In this document: positions 39,369-54,509 of the stretch, one piece after another
Layout: each line of letters begins with the position of its first letter
Numbering within the stretch: the first letter of the stretch is position 1
Assembly: GCA_046563655.1 (NCBI GenBank)
Contig: CM102289.1
Coordinates: 9,362,001-9,426,000, forward strand
Direction: 5' to 3'
DNA from: Yuukianura sp. NJ FZ-2021
Taxonomy: Eukaryota
Length of the DNA stretch: 64,000 nt
The notes under the pieces: model-generated
The model's database searches: none
What the model was told of the DNA's origin: nothing
What the model saw: the letters and a program-made list of their open reading frames with translations, nothing else
Translations under genes and position numbers: made by a program

Positions 39369-39499
39369 AAACATCATCAGGGTCATGAGATTGATTGGTG
39401 AAATCCGGAGTGAAATCGGTGCAGTAGTTTCTGAGATAATTGGTTTGGTACAGGCATACAGACGGACAGTCAGACAGAGATCCTACTTTTATAAAGTAG
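39369..39499 (+). mobile_element. Probable 3' end of a non-autonomous Helitron-like repeat
   Basis: AAATCGGTGCAGTAGTTTCTGAGA...ACAGACGGACAGTCAGACAGA...TTTTATAAAGTAG resembles the (GACA)n-bearing ends of insect Helitron-derived repeats (recalled pattern). Confidence 0.4.
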
Positions 39500-39600
39500 C
39501 TTTGGTTACTTAATTTTTAATTAATAATTGAACAGAGGTGGCAGAAGAACAAAAAGTAATGTCTATTTTTAATTTTTGATTTAAGGTGGAGATACGGTCG

Positions 39601-42600
39601 ATGAAAATGGAGTTGGAGCAACCGCCGTGGGCTAATGAGCTACTTGCCCGAAATCGGAAAGTAGGCCGAACTATTTGCTCCACTTCTGACATCCACCAGG
39701 GAAAAACATCCTTCACCTTTGAATCCTCAAAGGGCAGAGACGATGACCATGAAAGTACTGGCAGTAGTACTGGCAGTAGTGGACAGGGAAGGAAACGGAC
39801 AGAGGACAACAAGGTCACTCACCCCTCATCACTAGCATCCCAACTCACAAGAAGAGTACTGCCAACAGGTATTTTGGCTTAATCCCTCCTCAGAGATCAC
39901 ACATACCAAAGTGCACACACTTTGAAGTTTGAACTTGTTTTTGCTAAGGTATTTCAGAGGGGTTTAACGTTAACCGAGTCAGCAAGATCCCAGTTCCGCC
40001 AGGTCTGCATTATAACGGACTTTTTGAAAAAAAAAAACTTTTTCATTCAGAATCGACCCAATCGGAGTCAAATTGTTGTGTTTTGTAATCAATCTTTTGT
40101 TGAGTGTTCACACTACAAGAACTAAGAACTGCTGCCTAAAAATTTCAATTGAAAAAGTTTAAGGAACAGTCGAACTTTTTTCACGTCCGTTTTTTCACGC
40201 GTCGATTAACTCTGTCAATAACTTCACGCTTTAATTTTTGGCACGAGTTTTGAAGTCCCTGACATCAGTGTCCCTGTCCTGTCCATCGACTTTGACACAA
40301 AATCTTAATTGAGTGACTCAGTGACTAATCAGTAATGGTTTCTGGTTTGTAAATAATTGTTGGTACGATTTCAAATTTTGAAATTTTACAAATTTTTTAA
40401 TGTTGAGTTAATTTTTTTCTATTTCGCTCGTTCAAGAGTTTTCACGGGAATTCTTTTAGCAGGAATTCTTTTCGCGGGAATTGTTTTCACTGGAGTTGTT
40501 TTCGCGGTTAAAGTGTTCAGTGTTCGCCGTGGTTAACTTTTTACATGAGTAAGCGTGAAATGTTAGTTCCGTGTATACGCTGAATTGTTTAATTAATTAA
40601 CAAAAAGTAGTTAAAAATGGAGATTAATGTTTCCTATTGTTCTCAGTGTAACAATTTCTAAGAAGAAAAAACATTTTAACCTTGATAGATTTCAGACTTG
40701 GGTTTTTGCTTGGCTCAGTGAGCAGTGAGCACAGCATACTGCTCACAAGTGAAAGTATTTTAAAGTATTCTTCTTTTCAACAGAGAGGCCAAGGGGGTTG
40801 CAGTTTTTTGGCAATTTGAAGTTTAGACATGAAAACGTGAACCATCCCTCCCAAGTTTAAAAGTTCTCAAATCGTTATTCCAATCACCTCCGTACACTCT
40901 CGAGTCTCTTGAAAATGTTGAATGTTAAGATCACACTTTCAGTTGACGTTCAGGAGTGAAAGATGGTTGAGAGATTTGAAATCTTATAGTGCAGGGATTG
41001 TTGAAGATTTTAAGCTTTTAAGTGTTAAAAATAGACTTCATCCCTCCACTCACCAAAATTGTGAAGGTGGAGAGTACAGTTTCTAATTTTTTGTGTCTTT
41101 TGTGATCCAAATAGGGAGTTCTCTACATGACGACGTCTTCTATGATTCTGCGTTGTGTCAAGATCAAGACATGAGACAGACTGCTGCGTGGACACCTTAT
41201 AATAGCAGTGGAGAAGAAAGTATTCTGGAATATGGACCGGGCATTGTGAGCAAGTTGAGATCAAAATATCAGAGTTTAGCTGCTCGTCAACCCACTGTGC
41301 GACCTAGTCTTCACCGCTCCACCAGTCTCGAACATAGTTTGGATTTTGTGCAGCATCCAGCATCTCCGCAGCATCAGCATCCAGCATCCCCGCAGCACCT
41401 CCGGGAAGAATTGTTGTCACCTACGTTGCCAAGTGGTGACACCTTGGTGACAAAGTCAACAGAAAGTGACGTGACCATAACTGGAATGATGACACTCAAC
41501 GTCCGCCCAACGTATAACAAAGTCGTCAACAACACAAATACGTTACACATTCGTCCGATAAGCAGAGGACGACAAGGGGCGGGGCAGATTGAACAACAAA
41601 ATCGCATGCGCCGTGCACGTTCGGTGGACTCTCTCCAGCATAACGTTGAGTATACAAGACAGGAAGAGGAAATTTTGGAGAAATTGAAAACTGTGGTATT
41701 ACCAAAGGAGGAAGTTGTAATCATCGAAATGTCAAAACCACGACTAAATTTAGGCAATTTGAAAGAAAATGAGTTTAAGTACAACAACAACGCAATCAAC
41801 TCACTCATTTCTCCAGACCACGAACTCCCTCCACACTTTATTGTTAGAGACACAGCAAGAAAGTTTGAAACGAATCCAGGCGGGTATCAACAGTGGAAGA
41901 AAGTTGGACATGTTTTGAAAGCCTGCAAATCTCCAAGTATTTCTCCATCTGAGTCAGCACGGAGCTCACCTCTGCCATCTCCAATCATAACTTCAGCTGA
42001 AAAGAAAATTCAAGTTGTTCCGGCCCAACCTCAACAACGACCATCCTCACTTATTGTCACAACAGAAAGTTCGTCACCGAAAGTCATGAACAGTTTCTAT
42101 GCAATCAAAACCGGAACTGAAACCGGTACTAGTGCCGGTACCGGAGTCGGAATCAGTGTCCAGACCGGTTCTCCAGGCAAACAAGTCGGAGTTATCCGAC
42201 CAACCGTGAATGGAGTTCAGAAGAGTTCCAGTGGTCCGAATTTGGCCAAACCGTCGTCACTGCCACCGCGGCGTGAAACGCCGTCGCCATCGACCAATCA
42301 GAATAAGGTCTTTCAATTTATTCAGCCTCCGACTAAACCTCCGCTTGGTCCGAAGCCTTATTTGGCGTCAAAGATGAAACAATCATCGGCAGAAACAGAA
42401 AAAGTTCCTACTTTAAATGAACCAACTTCAGCGATTTCTGGAGAAATTCAGCGTCCGTTGGATTTGAATTTAAATTTGAGCGTCCGAACAACAAGTCCGA
42501 GTCGTCGGTCACCTTCTCCACGCTCTCCGTCGCCAGCATCATCACAATCGTCCGCCAGCATTTCTGATGTTGGTCCAGATCCGGTAGCTACAAAAAATGC

Positions 42601-44182
42601 TGACACGTCTCCAGTCAAGTTGCAAAATACAGACACTTTTCCAGTAAAATTGAAACCAGTAGGAGCAACCACAACGCAAAAAGGAAAAGAGGCTGTGCAG
42701 AAATGCAGTAATTTGAAGAAAACAAATGAAACAGGCCAAACCTCTTTGATTTCCTCTGAGTCACAAACGAATTCAGTCCAGAATCAGAAACAACCGTACA
42801 ATGATACGGTGACCTCGTCTGTCACTTCCAACAACTTTTCGTCTCTTTTAAAGCAAAATGCCCGGGAAGGAGATGCTCTGAAAAAACCGAAAAGTGTGGA
42901 AGATGACAAGTCAAGTCCAGCCGTGTCCCAACTCCGGACGCATCAGAAACAAAAGTCACAGCAAAGTGGTGGATCAATGGTCTTCAATTTTACGAATCGC
43001 CAAAAAGTACCAGACTACATTGAAGATGATGGACTGCATTTGACTATGCGCGGACGGGGGAATGATGAAGTAGCGGAAGATTCGGTGGATGGCTACGAGA
43101 GGATTGACCCTAAACTCATTCAGTTTATCGGAGCCAATGTGATAATTAACGGCAAAAGTTCCATTCAGAAGAAACCAAAGTCACAAAAGGTCCGTTTTAT
43201 ACAAATTCAATTACTTTGTTACCCTAAATCCTCGTTTATACCGTGCGCAGTATCTAAAGTTTTTCACGATTTAGAAAAAAGGAGGAGACAAAATCGGTTA
43301 AGATGTCGCTAAACTGAAAATAAAATCTTAGGGTTAGTTATGCGCCTTAAAATCACCGCTGGTAGTAAAGTTGCTGCGCGGTATAAGCGAGGATTTAGGG
43401 TATTTTTTTTTTATTTTTTTTTTTTTTGCAAATTTTAGCTTAGGTTAGGTGGGATTGCATGCAAACTGACAATGAAGTGATTTTGGTTTTGGTTGTAAGA
43501 ATTTAGGAATGGAGGGCACATGGTAGTCAGAAAGAATTAGCTGTACTTTTCATAATTTGAAAGTTTGCCAAGCGTAACAACTTTTTAAATGCCAATCTTT
43601 CTTGCGTGCAATTCAATCTCAATCACTTATTCATTTTTTGCTGAAGTTTTTGCTACACGCCGCATTTTTAATTCGTTTTCCATTGTTTTCTTTTTAGATG
43701 AGCATTAGCTTCAATGAAGAAGGAACGACAACATTTGAGTATCCTTCAGAAGCTTCTGTCTGGTTCGACGAGGTCGAAGTTTCAGTTACTGCTGGTTCAA
43801 ATAACAATCTGGTCACGGACAATTCTGGAGGGCTCAAAAACGTTTCTGGTGAGTCAAAATGTACAAATGTTGGTGTGACATGTATGTCCATCTTGAAAGA
43901 AAAAACTCAAAATGAGATTTTTGTGGTTGAGATTTTAATTTGTGGTTTTTGGTGTTTGTAGGGAACGGACTGTCAAATTATACTCCAAGCAAAGTTGTCC
44001 CAAACAATTACCAATTAGGATTCTACAGAGAGAACATCGTGAGTGATGCGAATTCTAACAAGAATAAACTTGGTCTGAAGGCGGGAGATGCTAATAAGGA
44101 AGTTGCTGAAGACTATTTGAAACCAGACACTGAAAGCACAACGTGGAGTAACGAAATCGGGGCGGCAGATATTCTGTTCTAA
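39601..44182 (+). CDS. Taperin/phostensin-like PP1-binding protein (4 coding exons)
   Basis: PPWANELLARNRK resembles the phostensin N-terminal motif. The exon 1 donor at ~39869 joins in phase to ~41115. C-terminal QK|MSISFNEEGTTTFEYPSEAS (RVxF-like plus FEYPSE) and GLSNYTPS match taperin/PPP1R18. Confidence 0.72.
40439..40508. repeat. 15-bp degenerate tandem repeat (TTTTCRCGGGAATT) in intron
   Basis: About 4.5 copies: gttttcacgggaatt cttttagcaggaatt cttttcgcgggaatt gttttcactggagtt gttttcgcgg. Confidence 0.7.
43222..43400. mobile_element. MITE with ~28-bp TIRs and TA flanks in taperin-like intron
   Basis: CCCTAAATCCTCGTTTATACCGTGCGCAG vs CTGCGCGGTATAAGCGAGGATTTAGGG; TA at 43220-43221 and 43401-43402. 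Confidence 0.8.
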
Positions 44183-45026
44183 AGTCAATTTTCTAGAATT
44201 CCATTCCGCACTTATTACGAAAAGGCTTAATATTCCGATTATTCCGTGGATTAGTTAGTATAACAGAACTGAAACTGGAGAAATGAAATTCCAAATGTAA
44301 CTGCTTAACTTAATAACCTTAATCGACTGTTTCCACGATTTTTAATTAACTTGAATTACTTGAATTTAGTCTGAAATAATTCAGTAATTACTTGAAATTA
44401 ATTTCAAGTAGTTCAGTAATTACTTAATTCATGTTGATAATCAACAGTTACAACTGTAACATTCTAAATATTGTTGACGTAAGCTAAACGTTGCGTAAAA
44501 AATGCAGAAAAACTTTCCAATGCAGTTTAGAATGCTTCCTTTTTGACAATTTTCGATACCAAAACAAAAGTAATAATTGTAAAAGTTGTTTGATTAGTGT
44601 TGAAAAAATTGTGTGGCCTTTACTTAAGTGTGCCCAAGCCGAATGCGCTTACGATTAGTTTTGTCATTGCTCAAAGTGCCTTCAGTGAAATATTTAGCAC
44701 AATTCGTTGTAATTCCGAACTTATGTCTTAAATGAAATTAGTAGTTCACATTGAAGTTTAGTTTTTAAGAGAAAACAAGTCAATTTGACAGGGAATACTG
44801 TGGAGGATTAATTTAGAATGTAATGCAGTTATACAGTACTCGCTTGATTGGACTTATGTCCCACGCAGAAGTTAAATAAATCAATGTGAATGACAAACTG
44901 GACTAAAGGAAATTAGACAAAAACTTTGACCTTAAGTATGAATTAGAAAAAGTTTGACGTTACCGATTGAAAGACGATTTAAGTGGACGCCAGGGAAGAC
45001 ATGTTGGACGACTGACATTGGCAATG

Positions 45027-45630
45027 TTACTTTGATGACGAAGAGTAGTACTCTTCCTGGAGATCGTACAGGTCAGCAGCCATGTCATCTCTTAGTGCCA
45101 TCAGTTTTCGATCATATTCCATTTGTCTTTCTTTGAACATTCGGCTATTGTTGGCTATTGCTTCGTTTACTGATGGGAAGTCATTGAGGATGAGAGACTG
45201 CTTGATATCCGCTACCAGTTTGATCAAAGCTTCTCCAGCGCGTACCTAAAAAGATGAATTCATAAAACTTATGCCAGTTGCGAAGTTGGTTCATTGACAA
45301 TTGGAATGTATTGCTTCAGTTCTTACGATATTTGCTGCCCGCACTGTCATCTCAAAACTATCTTCATCTGCTTGTGTCGATCGTGAAACTTGACCCTCTT
45401 GTTCCAGTTTAGCAATGAGGATAATTCCTGTATGAACAATTGGAAAAAAAAACGTTACAAAAATGAAACTATTTAATTGGATCATCTTAGAACTCCCGAA
45501 TGGAATCTTTGTCTTGTTTACCTTTGAAGTTGTCCACCATAGATTTGACGTTATCCTGTAATCGTTTACTGTATCCCTTTAGCACTGCCTCCTTGTTCTG
45601 ACTAGCAGCGGCTCTCGGTGGCTGTGCCAT
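45027..45630 (-). CDS. MED22: Mediator subunit 22 (3 exons)
   Basis: [25 protein letters not shown]...[40 protein letters not shown]...[11 protein letters not shown]. Confidence 0.96.
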
Positions 45631-46244
45631 GATGAGTTGATGTGATGATGCGAAAAATTTAATTAGTAATTGGTAAGATCACAATTACGAACTTCTATCA
45701 TCTGTCAAGTTCCTTCCGCCGGTATAACTTTGCTGGAAATATTTTCAGCTTCATGAATTCTTACGGGTTCATCTAAAGTGTCCATAACGCGGAAGATCTT
45801 TTCAGAATTTGCATGTCTGGGCAACACTTGGAACAAAATGAAAGGATAATTTCTGGATAGGTAGATGTTATTGGGTCACAGTTAATTTCGAGGTCATGCC
45901 AAGTAATTTGTATTTGTATTAGGTGCGATGTGACATGTTGCAGTGATTGCGATCACTGCCGAGGTATGCAAGTACAATTATTTCCTCAGCGATGAAATTC
46001 TGTCTCACCTTCGTTTCAGTGAGAACTTTTTGAACGAGCAACAGCGCGGGAAAATATTTTAAATGAATTGGTTTGTTTACATAATTTGAATATTTTAAGG
46101 CAAATGGCAAAGGCAAAGGCAAGGCTAAAAAAATTGTTCTTTAACTTTAGCTTGTCAATTAATTAATCATTAATTAATCTTCTTGAATTTCCCGCAACAG
46201 GTTCCACCAGTTCTGCTGACGAGGGAGAACAATCAACTGGAAGG

Positions 46245-48370
46245 ATGCCGACGGTAATAGCCCTTGACGTTTCGTTGTCGATGTGCCGACCAACACAGCC
46301 GAACAATGGTAACAATGGCGCAGAAGTTGTCACCAAACGTCATCTTGCATTGTCAGCCATTCAGCAGTTCTTGGACCACATTTCCACACATTGTAAATTG
46401 GAATTTTTGACGTTGGTGAGCACATTTCAAACAATAACTATTCAAAAAACTAAAAAAAATTAGTAGTGTTATGTTTTGGCTATTTCAGCTTACGTTTTCT
46501 TCACAATGTCAAGTAATGACAGAATCGTTTACTCGCAACGTAGAAGTCATACGAGAGCTGCTAGACAGCATAGTAGAAATCGACAATACTAATTACGATG
46601 AAGTATTGGAGGGAATCACAGCCGCAGTCGTTAAACAATGGAGCAACACGCTGCCCGTGGAAATACTGCTCATCACAGACGGATCTCCTGGATACGGACC
46701 TGGATGTCTACGAGATGCACTATCAAAGGCTAAACGTTTTCCATTTCCGTCAAAAATGAACATTCTGTCCTTGAGTAAGCAAAGGCAGGGCTTGCTCAGA
46801 AATTCGATGTGTTGACTAAAAATTTGTTTCTTCTAAGGTGATCCCGAGGAGAAGAACTTTACTGAGAGCATAAAGATGCTCCAACAGTTGATTGAACTAA
46901 CGTCAGGGGAGGGATCTGTGTACTTGCCAGAAAATCATCTCAATTCTAAAGTAATCACAGTGCAAGTATTCCCTTCATTCTGCTTTGTACAATACCGTTG
47001 CTTTAATTTTACACAGGGAGTAAGCAGTGCTGTGGCGAGATTGTGTGCCAAAGACTTCACTCCGTATAAAGGAGTCCTTCGATGTGGTCAATTGACGTCC
47101 AAGATCACTCTATGCCCTCCACCACAACCATTCGTTTCCCGTTCGTAACTTTTAGTTTAATCAAAGTTACAAGGATTAAGTAAAGTGTTGTTGATTTTAG
47201 AGAAAGAAGAGAAACGCTACGAAATCTCCGAAGTCATCGATATACTTGGATTTGTTGACCTGCATGATTTGGCAAGCCCATCAGCCCACTCTCGTCACTT
47301 GCTGCTGCCCCTTAGAACAGGTACTTTTCATTTATGAATCAATTTAGTGCAAGTGATGCTTGGACATTATAGAACATCTGATTTCTGTTTCCAGAAGTCC
47401 AACTTGCAGCTGGATCAGGAGAACCAATGGTGATTGACGATGATGTTGATGGTAACGTTCCCAACTTCTGCGTCCTCTTACATGGAGCTTTGAAGGTATA
47501 CGTTCCAAAACAGAACTTGAAGTACATTACAAAACAAAGTGATGCTCATTTGATTCGTTAGGTGGAGAACTTTTGCGCAATATGTGAAGTCGGACCTGAT
47601 TGGTATGTTTCAAAAAGCAAAATTAACAACGGCTTTCTGGGATTTGCTGTCATTATAATTTTGTGTTGTTTTTAGGTTCGGGTTCATTTATTCATGGGCT
47701 GACAACAAGAAAAAATCAAACCTGATGCTGTCCATATTGCCTCCAGGTATGCCAAGTTGCATTTCAACAATTAGATTGCACTTTATCTTAACAGTTTAAT
47801 TTTTAGGAGCCGATGTTGTTCCATGGTTGGGAAACTTGCGTAACTTGGGAGTCAGTCCGAAACCCGAAGAAATTCGGAAATCATCTTGGCCTTATACGTT
47901 TCCCGTCAAACCGGCAGATAAGCGAAGTTATGTTTGCAATCCCACCGTTTGGCTCAATGGCGACGAAGGAATTTCTGCTGACATACAAAAGCTTCTGCGA
48001 CCTGCCAGAAAAATTCCTGAAAAGACACAACAGTTTTATAAAGTAAGTAAGTGTAATCCAATTTGATTTGCTATTTTGAACAGCACTTTCTTTTGTTTTA
48101 GGAGTTGAACCGAATGAGACGTTGGGCTCTGACACTGGGATTTGTTGATATTTTAGAAAAAATCGCTCTTGTAAGTTTTAATTGCTAGGCTTTTGTAATT
48201 TTATGGTAACTTCACATTTTGTTTAGATTTTGGAACGGGAGTGTTTGATTTCTACTTCACCACATCCAGATGCAACAATTGAGTTAACCCATGCAATTAC
48301 TCAAATACGATCAGTTCAAGACTACAACAAATTAATACTCCCAATGAACGCATCCAGGCAAATGCGTTGA
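46245..48370 (+). CDS. INTS14: Integrator subunit 14 (VWA9)
   Basis: MPTVIALDVSLSMCRP, ILLITDG, RFPFPSK, PNFCVLLHGALK, KKKSNLML, KRSY, DIQKLLRPARKIPEKTQQFYKELNR, HPDATIEL. Confidence 0.94.
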
Positions 48371-49224
48371 ATTGGAGTGAAAATGAGAGCATTTAGATTT
48401 TCCCATCATGAAGCAAATTTACAAATGTATTTTAGTTAATGTAAATTAGGCTAAATGTAATTAAAAGCTAAGAATTAGTAAATTGTTTTCATAGCGTCTG
48501 CATTTATCGTACAATAAGGCCTTGTGCTACCCTCTAGTGAGAGGTAGTCGTGTCACATGTGCTTTGTCATTGGCCGAAGGTTAGTTATGCGGAAGGGGTG
48601 GAGCTATATGGGCGAGGGAGAGGGACTAGGGGAGTGCTGTTAAATATTTAAAAACAACGCATATAAGGTATAGCATGCACTGGTTAAGGAGCGTAGAGTA
48701 GTATTTTTTGGTTATTTTCATGATAAGCTTGTTTTTAGCACCAGTTTTCTTCGATTAAATTCACCCAGTGATAAGCACTGCGAAAATAATTAAAAAATAG
48801 TACTGAATTTTGCAACAAAAAATTCTAAGGTCCTATTCTTTTTGCTAGTGATTTACAATAAACGGCAAAATCAAGGATTCCTTTCTTTGGAGTTTAAATT
48901 TTATATAAATGGAAATTTTATCATGAAATCTTCAAATTCTATGCCAGTTATTTACAACCTAAACGGCCAAACAGAACTTTAAAATTGTATTACCCAGAAT
49001 ACAGTAATGCTTTTATATGTGCAGCAAAACACGATCTAAAAATTACATTTAAGTTATTTAACTAAACAACTAAGAAGCTTTTCTAAAAATTAACGTCAGT
49101 TTGGAATTGTTGGTGATTAAAATCGACAAAAAGAGCGATGGTATATAAGGATGATGGGTGGGAGGGAGTGGTAGGGATTTACCCACCACCTACTGCATAG
49201 GATGGATATAGTAGCAAGGAAGCG

Positions 49225-49245
49225 TCTCTTTTTCGTCTTCTCTTC
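49225..49245 (+). promoter_or_regulatory. Candidate TCT initiator / 5'TOP tract of UAP56
   Basis: TCTCTTTTTCGTCTTCTCTTC matches YCTYTYY about 350 nt upstream of the ATG, before a probable 5'UTR intron. Confidence 0.45.
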
Positions 49246-49575
49246 AGCCGGCCATCATCATTTTCTGAGAGACGAAAGCCACGCCGCATCGTCCACTGCT
49301 TACTTTACCTTACTCGAAGAATCATCCACTATTTTCAGTTGTTTTTCTAACTAATCGGGTCTCTTCAAGTCAAACGTTCGTAATTTATTACCTTTTTACA
49401 CCTAATTAAGTAATTAAGTTGGAGGGGAAGAAACATATCATCGATTAGTCTTAGAACTTAAACCCAAAGGATCTCGTCTAAATCTTGTTTTCGGTATGTT
49501 CAATAATATTTTATCAATCGTTTTCTAGTTGAATCTTTACTAATTATTTCATTTCTGTGAAGTTGTAGGTAAAAA

Positions 49576-51996
<2,421 letters not shown>

Positions 51997-52971
51997 GTGG
52001 AAGGATTCCCCAGGAAGTAAACTTTGTATCCTGTCCCTCACTAGCCAAGAGTTTTACAGAAGAACTGTTAATACATTCATTCTTTATCCAATTAAAACCA
52101 TATTTCTCAATCCTTTTCTTCACCGCCGGCTTGCACCGTGTTGCCACTTTTCATTTGACGGTTGCCATCGGGCAACGGTTGCCATCCGATGTACTTTAAG
52201 TGGCACACTTCTGGCGTAAAGGTTCGTTTTGTGAATTTTAGTTAGTTATAATTATTGATGTGTTAGATAACTAAATTGATTTTGTTTTACAGGTTATCGC
52301 GGTAGAGATTTGGAAGTTGTCATCTTGGCGTGAGAATCGAAGGAATTCTAATATGGTTAGGAATGTCCGGGCACATGTGTAGGCAGTTTGTTTTCAGAGA
52401 ATCCTATATTTTTTATGTTTTTGATTTTTTTTAAACTGGTTATCTACAGATCTACATTTTGTTATAACGTTTTGACTAGCAGTAATTTATTTCAGCGGTG
52501 AATCCGAAGGTGGGTCGTTGGTAAGGTCAACGTCAAGGCTCAGTTAATTTAATCCTTTACATAAAATTGCGATTACAAAGTGGAGAGAGTATTTTATATT
52601 TATGTATGGCAGTTTGCGTTGAGTTTTCAAAAGTTGATAATAAAATTGAACGTCGTGACTTGTTTCTGGAACGTTGACTTTATTTGAATTTTTCGTTTAA
52701 TTGACGATTTGAAACGTTCGTAATGAAATTTAAAGTTGGCGCCATCTTTTTTTTTTGAAAATGGGGTACAGTGCGACTTTGCAAGGCGGAAAAATTCCGA
52801 ACAGCTGAGAATCTGTTTGTTTTGGCTTTGTGTTTTGGCTTTTTTTTTTCGTCCTCTCCGTTGCCTCCGTAGTTTTTTTTTAACGCAACAAGTTGATTAA
52901 TTAACTTTGTTAATTAGTTAATTGTCAGTGTCACATTGCACACAGGAAACTAAGCAACAGGTTAGTTGAAA

Positions 52972-53683
52972 ATGAGTGGAGTAGAAGATGTCGAAGAGGA
53001 TGTCGTAACTGAATCGCAAACGTTCATCACTGATCCGGAGTTCTGCACAACTTGCGGTTCCATACTGCCAATCGCAACTGGAAAATTAATCGGGAATTTT
53101 TGTGCTGTTTGCCATAATCCGGTCCAACAAAAAGGTAGGTTAATTGAGATATTTGCTTGATAAATCGAAGCTTTACTGCTAAGGAAGGTAGTGAGTAGTC
53201 AGTAATCGTTGATTTTTTGTATGCATTGAAGGTGTTGCTCCTGTCACGTACACTGTTCACTTCAATGACCCCCAGGTTTACAGCAAGGAACGAGGACTCA
53301 TGTCTGGAGGAGGGCAGTCTCATAAAGGCAAAAGTACTGGAAAGTATTTAATATGCTTTTTAAGGTTTTAAGAGAAGTATTAAATTTTAGGTATCACATT
53401 AAGAATCACATAACCTCATTACAATCGTTTTTGTTATCCAGAAAAGAGTGAAGCTGAGGGTCCATTGGTTGATAGAGAATGTCGTCAATGTGGACACAAA
53501 CAAATGAGCTATGCGACTCTTCAGTTGCGCTCGGCCGATGAAGGACAAACTGTGTTCTACACATGCCCAAAGTGCAAGTACGTTAAATGTAGTAAACCGC
53601 TAAAAATAATTAGTGCAACAGTTAGTCTTTTCGATTACAACTTTATTTTTCTTTCCAGATTCAAGGAGTCGGAGAATTCATAA
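52972..53683 (+). CDS. POLR1H: RNA polymerase I subunit RPA12
   Basis: Zinc ribbon [10 protein letters not shown]...CAVC and TFIIS-like [39 protein letters not shown]...ENS*. Confidence 0.96.
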
Positions 53684-53822
53684 ACAGTTTTGTAAGATTA
53701 CTGATTCAAATTAATACTGAAGGTTTTTAAATAAACAACAGTTTAATTTCTTACAGTTATAAGAGAATTTACGTTTTGATGAGATCTAGTAAGTTAATAG
53801 ACAATCCAATGGACTGCTTCAA

Positions 53823-54491
53823 TAGAGTGGTTAAAAACCAAATGGAGAAAACATAGTTAACTAAGTTGTAGCGCCGGACCTTGCAAATGAAAATTTTTTT
53901 GCTAAAGAAAAATTTTGGTAAAAAAAAAGTTCAATTTTTTGACGTTAAAGGGTCGCTCAGCCTGTCCGAAGCCCGAAATTCGGTTTAAGGATGCTCATTG
54001 TACCCACACGGTCTAGGCAACTTTGCATCTTACGTGGGATGGTTGCACCATTTGACAACATATGTGTTTAATTATTTCGTAATTAATTTGTCAATTTAGT
54101 TAATTAACTATCCCCTTGTAACTACACAACATAACTCTGCACCGAGCTGGTACAATGACGATCGATAAGCCTCACTGCAACAGAGAAGGTATTCAAAACG
54201 CCGGAAATCCCACTCTGTCAAATTCGAAATTTTGGACACAGCAAAAGTACATTTGGTATTTGAACTTACCAATTGCTAATTTGAATTATGATTGACACTA
54301 ATTAATGAAACTTTGATCAAATCTGTAGCTAATTAAAAAATTTCAATGTAAGTTTATTTAAATGACCTGAGCGACCCTTCAACGTTGGAAATTTTGGGAA
54401 TTTTTTTTTTAAATTTTTCCTACAGAAAAAATAAGATTTTAAAACGTCCGGCGCTTCGAATTTCATACTTTTGTGATTTTTAACCACTCTA
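53823..54491. mobile_element. Non-autonomous DNA transposon with ~135-bp imperfect TIRs and 9-bp TSD (Mutator-like)
   Basis: Termini TAGAGTGGTTAAAAA / TTTTTAACCACTCTA; internal inverted blocks AGCGCCGGAC/GTCCGGCGCT and AAGGGTCGCTCAG/CTGAGCGACCCTT; CTGCTTCAA duplicated at 53814-53822 and 54492-54500. Confidence 0.9.
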
Positions 54492-54509
54492 CTGCTTCAA
54501 GGATGATCA

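Noticed and set aside
52150..52195. SECIS element in the UAP56 3'UTR (TGAC...AA...GA)
   Set aside because: The upper helix pairs poorly in SECIS register, and the CDS has no in-frame TGA.
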